64,000 nt of DNA from the NCBI RefSeq assembly GCF_009914755.1, contig NC_060943.1; one strand, 5' to 3'. Each line of letters begins with the position of its first letter. Positions within the stretch are counted from its first letter, which is position 1. Made by a program: the position numbers and the translations under genes. This DNA is from the human T2T-CHM13v2.0 reference genome, Homo sapiens. Below, piece by piece: positions 1 through 9,800 of this stretch. The notes beneath the pieces are model-generated. The model saw only the letters and a program-made list of their open reading frames with translations, had not been told where the DNA came from and did not search any database.

Positions 1-2544
1 AAAGAAATATCTTCACATAAGCACTACAAAGAAGCGTTCTCCGAAACTCCTTTGTGATATGTGTGTTCAATTCACAGAGTTGAACCTTTCTTTTCATTGA
101 GCAGTTTTGAAAAACTGCTTTTCTAGAATCTGCTTGTGGATATTTGGAGCTCTTTGAGGAATTCATTGTCAATGGGATATCTTCATATACAAACTAGCCA
201 GAAGCATTCTCAGAAACTGCTTTGTGATGTGTGCATTCAACACACGGAGTTGAACCTTCCTTCTGAGAGAACAGTTTTCAAACAGTCTTTTTGTAGTATC
301 TGCAAGTCGCTATTTGGAACGCTATGAGGCCTATGAGGGAAAAGGAACTATCTTCACATACAAACTAGACAGAAGCATGCTCAGAAACTGCTTTGTGATG
401 TGTGTGTTCAATTCACAGGGTTGACTCTTTCTTTTGATTGAGCAGTTTTGAACAACCTGTTTTGTAGAATCTGCTTGTGGATATTTGTAGCTCTTGGAAG
501 AATTCATTGTAAAAGGGATATCTTCACATACACACAAGTCAGAAGCATTCTCAGAAACTTCTTTGTGATTGTGAATTGAACTCACAGAGTTGATCCTTCC
601 TTCTGAGAGAGCCGTTTTGAAACAATCTTTTTGAAGTATCTTCAATTGGATACTTGTAGTGATTTGAGGCCTAAGATGGAAAAGGAAATATCTTCACATA
701 CAATCTAGACAGAAGCACTCTCAGAAGCTGCTTGGTGATGTCTGCATTCAACTCACAGACTTTAACCCTTGTTTTGAAAGAGCAGTGTTGAAACACACAT
801 TTTGTAGGATCTGCAAGTGTTCATTTGGAGAGCTTTTGTGCCTATGGTGGAAAAAGCAATATCTTCACATAAATACTAGACAGAAGCATTCTCAGAAACT
901 GCTTTGTGATGTGTGCATTCAACTCACAGAGTTGAACCTTCCTTTTGAGAGAGAGATTTTGAAACAGTCTTTTTGTAGTATCTGCAAGTGGATATTTTTA
1001 GTGATTTGAGGTGTAAGATGGAAAAGGAAATACCTTCACCTACAAACTAGACAGAAGCATTCTCAGAAACTGCTTGGTGATGTGTGCATTCAACTCACAG
1101 AGTTGAAACTTTCTTTTGAGAATGCAGTTTTGAAACAGTCTTCTTGTAGTATCTGCAAGTGGATATTTGGAGCGATTTGAGGCCTATGATGGAAAAGGAA
1201 ATATGTTCACATACAAACTAGACACAAGCGTTCTCAGAAACTGCTTTGTGATGTGTGCATTCACCTCACAGAGTGGAACCGTTCTTTGGATAGAGCAGTT
1301 TTGAAACAGTCTTTCTCTAGTATCTGCAAGTGTTCATTTTGAGCGCTTTGAGGCCCATGATGGAAAAGTTAATATTTTCACATAAACCTAGACAGAAGCT
1401 TTCTCAGGAATTTCATTGAGATGTGTGCATTAAGGTAACTGATTTGAATACGTCTTTTGATAGAGCAGTATTGAAACACTTCTTTTGTATAATCTGCCTG
1501 TGGATATCTGGAACTCTTTGAAGAATTCTTTGGAAACGCTATCTTCACATAAAAACTAGACCCAAGCATTCTCAGAAAGTTCTTTGTGATATGTACATTG
1601 GACTCCCAGACTTGAACCTTTCTTTTGATAGAGCAGTGCTGGAACACACTTTTTGTAGAATCTTCATGTGTTCGTCTGGAGTGCTTTGTTGCCTATGGTA
1701 GAAAAAGGAATATCTTCACCTAAAAACAAGACAGAAGCATTCTCAGAGACTGCTTTGTGATGTGTGTGTTCAATTCGCTGAGTTGAATGTTCCTTTTGAT
1801 AGAGCAGTTTTGAAACACTGCTTTTGTAGAATCTGCTTGTTGATATTGGGGGCTCTATGAGGAATTTGTTGTAAACGGGATATCTTCACATACAAAGTAG
1901 ACAGAAGCATTCTCAGAAACTGCTCTGTGATGTGTGCATTCAACTCACAGAGTTGAACCTTCCTTTTGCGAGAGCTGTTTTGAAGCAGTCTTTTTGTGGT
2001 ATCTGCAATTGGATATTTGGATCGATTTGAGGCCTAAGATGGAAAAGGAAATATCTCCACATACAAACTAGACAGAAGCATTCTCAGACACTGCGTTGTG
2101 ATGTGTGCATTCAACTCACAGAGTTGAACCTTCCTTTTGAGAGCAGTTTTGAAACAGTCTTTTTGAAGTATCTGCAAGTGGATGTTTGGAGAGATTTGAG
2201 GCCTAAGATGGAAAAGGATATATCTTCACCTAAAAACTAGGCAGAAGCATTCTCAGAAACTGCTTTGTGATGTGGGGATTCAACTCACAGGCTTGAAACT
2301 TTCTTTTGATACAGCAGGGTTCAAACACACTTTTTGTAGAATCTGCAAGTGTTCATTTGGAGTGCTTTCTTGCCCATGGTGGAAAAAGAAATATCTTCAC
2401 CTGAAAACTAGACAGAAACTTTCTCAGAAAATACTTTGTGATGTAGTTGTTCAATTCACAGGGTTGAACCTTTCTTTAGATAAAGCAGTTTTGAAACACT
2501 GCTTTTGTAGAATCTTCTTGTGGATATTTGGAGCTGTTTGAGGA

Positions 2545-2561
2545 ATTCGTTTTAAACGGGA
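2545..2561 (+). promoter_or_regulatory. CENP-B box with intact core (m15); expected again at 9359, 16173, 22987, 29800, 36614, 43424, 50238, 58075
   Basis: ATTCGTTTTAAACGGGA fits the essential pattern NTTCGNNNNANNCGGGN. The middle is non-canonical (canonical YTTCGTTGGAARCGGGA). Positions in other copies were derived from the HOR offsets. Confidence 0.75.
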
Positions 2562-3396
2562 TATCTTCACATTCAAACTAGTCAGAAGCATCCTCAGAAA
2601 CTGGTTTGTGATGTGTGCATTCTACTCACAGAGTTGAACCTTCCTTTTGAGAGAACAGTTTTGAAACAATCTTTTTGTACTATCTGCAAGTGGATATTTG
2701 GAACAATGGGAGGACTAAGATGGAAAAGGAAATATCTTCACAGCCAAACTTGACAGAAGCTTTCTCAGAATCTGCTTTGTGATGTGTGCATTCACCTCAC
2801 AGAGTGGAACCGTCCTTTTGATAGAGCAGTTCTGAAACAGTCTTTTTGTAGGATCTGCGAGTGTTCATTTTGGAGAGCTTTTAAGCCTTTGGCGGAAAAG
2901 GAAATATCTTCACAGAAAACTAGACAGAGGCATGCTCAGGAACTTCATTGAGATGTGTGCATTCAAGTAACTGAGTTGAATCTGCCTTTTGATAGAGCAG
3001 AATTGAAACAATCCTTTTGTAGAATCTACTTGTGGATATTTGGAACTCTTTCAGGAATTCGTTGGTAGTTGGTATCTTCCCAAAAAAAGGAGACCCAAGC
3101 ATTCTCAAAAAGTTCTTTGAGATGTGTGCCTTCAACTCACAGACTTCAAACATTCTTTTGAGAGATCAGTGTTGGAACACGCTTTTTGTAGAATCTGCAA
3201 GGGTTCATTTAGTGCGCTTTGTTGCCTATAGTGGAAAAAGAAATATCTTCAAATGAAAACTAGACAGAAACATTCTCAGAAACTCCTTTGTGAAGTGTGT
3301 GTCAAATTCACAGAATTGAAATTTTCTTATGATAGAGCAGTTTTGAAACACCGCATTTATAGGATCTGCTTGTGGATATTTGGAACTCTTTGAGTA

Positions 3397-3413
3397 TTTC
3401 GTTGTAAACGGGA
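3397..3413 (+). promoter_or_regulatory. CENP-B box with intact core (m20); once per HOR copy
   Basis: TTTCGTTGTAAACGGGA fits NTTCGNNNNANNCGGGN, one mismatch from canonical. Confidence 0.85.
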
Positions 3414-3737
3414 TATCTTCACATACAAACTAGACAGAAGCATTCACAGAAACTGCTTAGTGATGTGTGCATTCAACTCACAGACTTGAACCTTTCTCTT
3501 GAAAGAGCAGTGTTGAAACAAACATTTTGTAGGATGTGCAAGTGTTCACTTGGAGCGTTTTTTTGCCTATGGTGGAAAAAGAAATATCTTCACATAAATA
3601 CTAGACAGAAGCATTCTCAGAAACTCCTTTTTGATGTGTTTGTTCTATTCAGAGAGTTGAACCTTTCTTTTGATAGAGCAGTTTTGATACACTGCTTCTG
3701 TAGAATCTGCTTGTGGATATTTGGAGCTCTTTGAGGA

Positions 3738-3754
3738 ATTCGTTGTAAACGGGA
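3738..3754 (+). promoter_or_regulatory. CENP-B box with intact core (m22); once per HOR copy
   Basis: ATTCGTTGTAAACGGGA fits NTTCGNNNNANNCGGGN. Confidence 0.85.
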
Positions 3755-5781
3755 TATCTTCGCATACAAACTAGACAGCAGCATTCTCAGAAACTGCTTA
3801 GTGATGTGTGCATTCAACTCACAGACTTGAACCTTTCTCTTGAAAGAGCAGTGTTGAAACACACATTTTGTAGGATGTGCAAGTGTTCACTTGGAGCGTT
3901 TTTTTGCCTATGGTGGATAAAGAAATATCTTCACATACAAACTAGACAGAAGCAATCTCATTTACTGCTTTGTGATGTGTGCATTCAGCTCACAGAGTTG
4001 AACCTTCCTTTTGAGAGAGCAGTTTTGAAACAGTTTTTTGTAGTATCCTCAAGTGGATATATGGAGCGATGTGAGGCTTAACATGGAAACGGGAATATCT
4101 TCACATAGAAACTAGATAGAAGCATTCTCAGAAACTCCTTTGTGATGGGTGCATTCAACACAGAGACTTGAACATTTCTTTAGACGGAGCAGTGTTGAAA
4201 CACACATTTGTAGAATCTGCAAGTGTTCATTTGGAGCGCTTTGATGCCTATGGTGGAAAAAGAAGTATCTTCACATAAAGACTAGAAAGAAGTGTTCTCC
4301 GAAACTCCTTTGTGATATGTGTGTTCAATGCACAGAGATGAACCTTTCTTTTGATTGAGCAGTTTTGAAACACTGCTTTTCTAGAATCTGCTTGTGGATA
4401 TTTGGAGCTCTTTGAGGAATTCGCTGTCAATGGGATATCTTCACATACAAACTAGCCAGAAGCATTCTCAGAAACTGCTTTGTGATGTGTGCATTCAACA
4501 CACGGAGTTGAACCTTCCTTGTGAGAGAAGAGTTTTCAAACAGTCTTTTTGTAGTACCTGCAAGTCGATATTTGGAACGATTTGAGGCCTATGAGGGAAA
4601 AGGAACTATTTTCACATACAAACTAGACAGAAGCATGCTCAGAAACTGCTTTGTGATGTGCGCATTCAACTCACAGAGTTGAACCTTCCTTTTGAGAGAG
4701 AGGTTTTGAAACAGTCTTTTTGTAGCATATACAAGTGGATATTTTTAGTGATTTGAGGTCTAATATGGAAAAGGAAATACCTTCACCTACAAACTAGACA
4801 GAAGCATTCTCAGAAACTGCTTTGTGATGTGTGCATTAAATGTACAGACTTGAAACCTTATTTTGATAGAGCAGTGTTGAAACACACTTTTTATAGAATC
4901 TGCAAGTGTTCATTTTGAGAGCTTTGTTGCCTGTGGTGGAAAAAGAAATGTGTTCACATACAAACTAGAAAGAAGCCTTCTCAGAAACTCCTTTGAGATG
5001 TTTGTGTCCAATTCACAAAGTTGAACCTTTCTATTGATACAGCAGATTTGAAACTCTGCTTTTGTAGAATCTGCTTGTGAATATTTGGAGGTATTTGAGG
5101 AATTGGACGTATACGGGATATCTTCACATACAAATTACACAGAAGCATTGTCAGAAACTGCTTTGTGCTGTGTGCATTCAACTCACAGAGTTGAAACTTT
5201 CTTTTGAGAAAGCAGTTCCGAAACAGTCTTTTTGTAGTATCTGCAAGTGGATATTTGGAGCGATTTGAGGCCTATGATGGAAAAGGAAATATGTTCACAT
5301 ACAAACTAGACAGAAGCGTTCTCAGAAACTGCTTTGTGATGTGTGCATTCACCTCACAGAGTGGAACCGTTCTTTGGATAGAGCAGTTTTGAAACAGTCT
5401 TTCTCTAGTATCTGCAAGTGTTCATTTTGAGCGCTTTTAGGCCCATGATGGAATAGGAAATATTTTCACATAAAAAGTAGACAGAAGCTTTCTCAGGAAC
5501 TTCATTGAGATGTGTGCATTAAAGTAACTGAGTTGAATACGTCTTTTGATAGAGCAGTATTGAAACACTTATTTGTAGAATCTGCCTGTGGATATCTGGA
5601 ACTCTTTGAAGAATTCTTTGGAAACGGCTATCTTCACATAAAAAGTAGACCCAAGCATTCTCAGAAAGTTCTTTGTGATATGTACATTGGACTCCCAGAC
5701 TTGAACATTTCTTTTGATAGAGCAGTGTTGGAACACACTTTTTGTAGAATCTTCATGTGTTCGTTTGGAGTGCTTTGTTGC

Positions 5782-5799
5782 CTATGGTGGAAAAAGGAA
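5782..5799 (+). promoter_or_regulatory. pJalpha-box-like (A-box) motif, representative of the A-type monomers
   Basis: CTATGGTGGAAAAAGGAA resembles the pJalpha site CTAYGGTGRAAAAGGAA. Related forms (cctatggtggaaaaagaaa, cctaagatggaaaaggaaa, cctatgatggaaaaggaaa) occupy the box position in most non-B monomers. Confidence 0.6.
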
Positions 5800-6293
5800 T
5801 ATCTTCACCTAAAAACCAGACAGAAGCATTCTCCGAGACTGCTTTGTGATGTGTGTGTTCAATTCGCAGAGTTAAAAGTTCCTTTTGATAGAGCAGTTTT
5901 GAAACACTGCTTTTGTAGAATCTGCTTGTTGCTATTGGGGGCTCTTTGAGGAATTTGTTGTAAACGGGATATCTTCACATACAAAGTAGACAGAAGCATT
6001 CTCAGAAACTGCTTTGTGATGTGTGCATTCCAATCACAGACTTCAACCTTTCTTTTGAAAGAGCAGTGTTGAAACACACATTTTGTAGCATGTGCAAGTG
6101 TTCACTTGGAGCTCTTTTTTGCCTATGGTGGAAAAAGAAATATCTTCACATAAATACTAGACAGAAGCATTCTCAGAAACTCCTTTGTGATGTGTTTGTT
6201 CTATTCAGAGTGTTGAACCTTTATTTTGATAGAGCAGAATTGAAACACTCCTTTTGTAGAATCTGCTTGTGGATATTTGGAGCTCTTTGAGGA

Positions 6294-6310
6294 ATTCGTT
6301 GTAAACGGGA
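6294..6310 (+). promoter_or_regulatory. CENP-B box with intact core (m37); once per HOR copy
   Basis: ATTCGTTGTAAACGGGA fits NTTCGNNNNANNCGGGN. Confidence 0.85.
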
Positions 6311-6813
6311 TATCTTCACATACAAACTAGACAGCAGCATTCTCAGAAACTGCCTTGTGGTGTGTGCATTCAACTCACATAGGTGAACCTTCCTTCTGAG
6401 AGAGCAGTTTTTAAACAGTCTCTTTGAAATAACTGCAAGTGGATATTTGGAGCGATGGGAAGTCTAAGATTGAAAAGGAAATATCCTCACATACAAACTA
6501 GACAGAAGCAATCTCATTAACTGCTTTGTGATGTGTGCATTCAGCTCACAGAGTTGAACCTTCCTTTTGAGAGAGCAGTTTTGAAACAGTTTTTTGTAGT
6601 ATCCTCAAGTGGATATATGGAGCGATGTGAGGCTTAAGATGGAAACGGGAATATCTTCACATACAAACTAGATAGAAGCATTCTCAGAAACTGCTTTGTG
6701 ATGGGTGCATTCAACTCAGAGACTTGAACATTTCTTTAGACGGAGCAGTTTGAAACACACATTTGTAGAATCTGCAAGAGTTCATTTGGAGCGCTTTGAT
6801 GCCTATGGTGGAA

Positions 6814-9800
6814 AAAGAAATATCTTCACATAAGCACTACAAAGAAGCGTTCTCCGAAACTCCTTTGTGATATGTGTGTTCAATTCACAGAGTTGAACCT
6901 TTCTTTTCATTGAGCAGTTTTGAAAAACTGCTTTTCTAGAATCTGCTTGTGGATATTTGGAGCTCTTTGAGGAATTCATTGTCAATGGGATATCTTCATA
7001 TACAAACTAGCCAGAAGCATTCTCAGAAACTGCTTTGTGATGTGTGCATTCAACACACGGAGTTGAACCTTCCTTCTGAGAGAACAGTTTTCAAACAGTC
7101 TTTTTGTAGTATCTGCAAGTCGCTATTTGGAACGCTATGAGGCCTATGAGGGAAAAGGAACTATCTTCACATACAAACTAGACAGAAGCATGCTCAGAAA
7201 CTGCTTTGTGATGTGTGTGTTCAATTCACAGGGTTGACTCTTTCTTTTGATTGAGCAGTTTTGAACAACCTGTTTTGTAGAATCTGCTTGTGGATATTTG
7301 TAGCTCTTGGAAGAATTCATTGTAAAAGGGATATCTTCACATACACACAAGTCAGAAGCATTCTCAGAAACTTCTTTGTGATTGTGAATTGAACTCACAG
7401 AGTTGATCCTTCCTTCTGAGAGAGCCGTTTTGAAACAATCTTTTTGAAGTATCTTCAATTGGATACTTGTAGTGATTTGAGGCCTAAGATGGAAAAGGAA
7501 ATATCTTCACATACAATCTAGACAGAAGCACTCTCAGAAGCTGCTTGGTGATGTCTGCATTCAACTCACAGACTTTAACCCTTGTTTTGAAAGAGCAGTG
7601 TTGAAACACACATTTTGTAGGATCTGCAAGTGTTCATTTGGAGAGCTTTTGTGCCTATGGTGGAAAAAGCAATATCTTCACATAAATACTAGACAGAAGC
7701 ATTCTCAGAAACTGCTTTGTGATGTGTGCATTCAACTCACAGAGTTGAACCTTCCTTTTGAGAGAGAGATTTTGAAACAGTCTTTTTGTAGTATCTGCAA
7801 GTGGATATTTTTAGTGATTTGAGGTGTAAGATGGAAAAGGAAATACCTTCACCTACAAACTAGACAGAAGCATTCTCAGAAACTGCTTGGTGATGTGTGC
7901 ATTCAACTCACAGAGTTGAAACTTTCTTTTGAGAATGCAGTTTTGAAACAGTCTTCTTGTAGTATCTGCAAGTGGATATTTGGAGCGATTTGAGGCCTAT
8001 GATGGAAAAGGAAATATGTTCACATACAAACTAGACACAAGCGTTCTCAGAAACTGCTTTGTGATGTGTGCATTCACCTCACAGAGTGGAACCGTTCTTT
8101 GGATAGAGCAGTTTTGAAACAGTCTTTCTCTAGTATCTGCAAGTGTTCATTTTGAGCGCTTTGAGGCCCATGATGGAAAAGTTAATATTTTCACATAAAC
8201 CTAGACAGAAGCTTTCTCAGGAATTTCATTGAGATGTGTGCATTAAGGTAACTGATTTGAATACGTCTTTTGATAGAGCAGTATTGAAACACTTCTTTTG
8301 TATAATCTGCCTGTGGATATCTGGAACTCTTTGAAGAATTCTTTGGAAACGGCTATCTTCACATAAAAACTAGACCCAAGCATTCTCAGAAAGTTCTTTG
8401 TGATATGTACATTGGACTCCCAGACTTGAACCTTTCTTTTGATAGAGCAGTGCTGGAACACACTTTTTGTAGAATCTTCATGTGTTCGTCTGGAGTGCTT
8501 TGTTGCCTATGGTAGAAAAAGGAATATCTTCACCTAAAAACAAGACAGAAGCATTCTCAGAGACTGCTTTGTGATGTGTGTGTTCAATTCGCTGAGTTGA
8601 ATGTTCCTTTTGATAGAGCAGTTTTGAAACACTGCTTTTGTAGAATCTGCTTGTTGATATTGGGGGCTCTATGAGGAATTTGTTGTAAACGGGATATCTT
8701 CACATACAAAGTAGACAGAAGCATTCTCAGAAACTGCTCTGTGATGTGTGCATTCAACTCACAGAGTTGAACCTTCCTTTTGCGAGAGCTGTTTTGAAGC
8801 AGTCTTTTTGTGGTATCTGCAATTGGATATTTGGATCGATTTGAGGCCTAAGATGGAAAAGGAAATATCTCCACATACAAACTAGACAGAAGCATTCTCA
8901 GACACTGCGTTGTGATGTGTGCATTCAACTCACAGAGTTGAACCTTCCTTTTGAGAGCAGTTTTGAAACAGTCTTTTTGAAGTATCTGCAAGTGGATGTT
9001 TGGAGAGATTTGAGGCCTAAGATGGAAAAGGATATATCTTCACCTAAAAACTAGGCAGAAGCATTCTCAGAAACTGCTTTGTGATGTGGGGATTCAACTC
9101 ACAGGCTTGAAACTTTCTTTTGATACAGCAGGGTTCAAACACACTTTTTGTAGAATCTGCAAGTGTTCATTTGGAGTGCTTTCTTGCCCATGGTGGAAAA
9201 AGAAATATCTTCACCTGAAAACTAGACAGAAACTTTCTCAGAAAATACTTTGTGATGTAGTTGTTCAATTCACAGGGTTGAACCTTTCTTTAGATAAAGC
9301 AGTTTTGAAACACTGCTTTTGTAGAATCTTCTTGTGGATATTTGGAGCTGTTTGAGGAATTCGTTTTAAACGGGATATCTTCACATTCAAACTAGTCAGA
9401 AGCATCCTCAGAAACTGGTTTGTGATGTGTGCATTCTACTCACAGAGTTGAACCTTCCTTTTGAGAGAACAGTTTTGAAACAATCTTTTTGTACTATCTG
9501 CAAGTGGATATTTGGAACAATGGGAGGACTAAGATGGAAAAGGAAATATCTTCACAGCCAAACTTGACAGAAGCTTTCTCAGAATCTGCTTTGTGATGTG
9601 TGCATTCACCTCACAGAGTGGAACCGTCCTTTTGATAGAGCAGTTCTGAAACAGTCTTTTTGTAGGATCTGCGAGTGTTCATTTTGGAGAGCTTTTAAGC
9701 CTTTGGCGGAAAAGGAAATATCTTCACAGAAAACTAGACAGAGGCATGCTCAGGAACTTCATTGAGATGTGTGCATTCAAGTAACTGAGTTGAATCTGCC

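Larger units (their letters stand above)
1..6813 (+). repeat. HOR copy 1 (40-mer, 6813 bp; phase set by the window start)
   Basis: The window-start sequence aaagaaatatcttcacataagcactacaaag recurs at 6814. This copy carries a 1-bp deletion at 1538 (ggaaacgctatc vs ggaaacggctatc), a private A at 3385 and G at 4265. Confidence 0.95.

Noticed and set aside
1864-1880. ATTTGTTGTAAACGGGA (m11, also m35) as a CENP-B box
   Set aside because: It lacks the essential first CpG (TTCG>TTTG), so it was counted as degenerate.
5108-5115. Short palindrome CGTATACG in the degenerate m30 box
   Set aside because: An 8-bp palindrome is expected by chance at this scale, and there is no evidence of function.
5512-5949. 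Longest ORF (145 aa, Cys-rich, superficially zinc-finger-like CxxC)
   Set aside because: It spans m33-m35 and stays open because monomer length is near a multiple of three. The Cys residues come from TGTG-rich satellite sequence, and the paralogous block m9-m11 does not preserve the ORF.
1-6813. Assignment to a named array (e.g. DYZ3 or a specific chromosome HOR)
   Set aside because: DYZ3 is a 34-mer lacking CENP-B boxes, which does not fit. I cannot support any other specific name without a database search.
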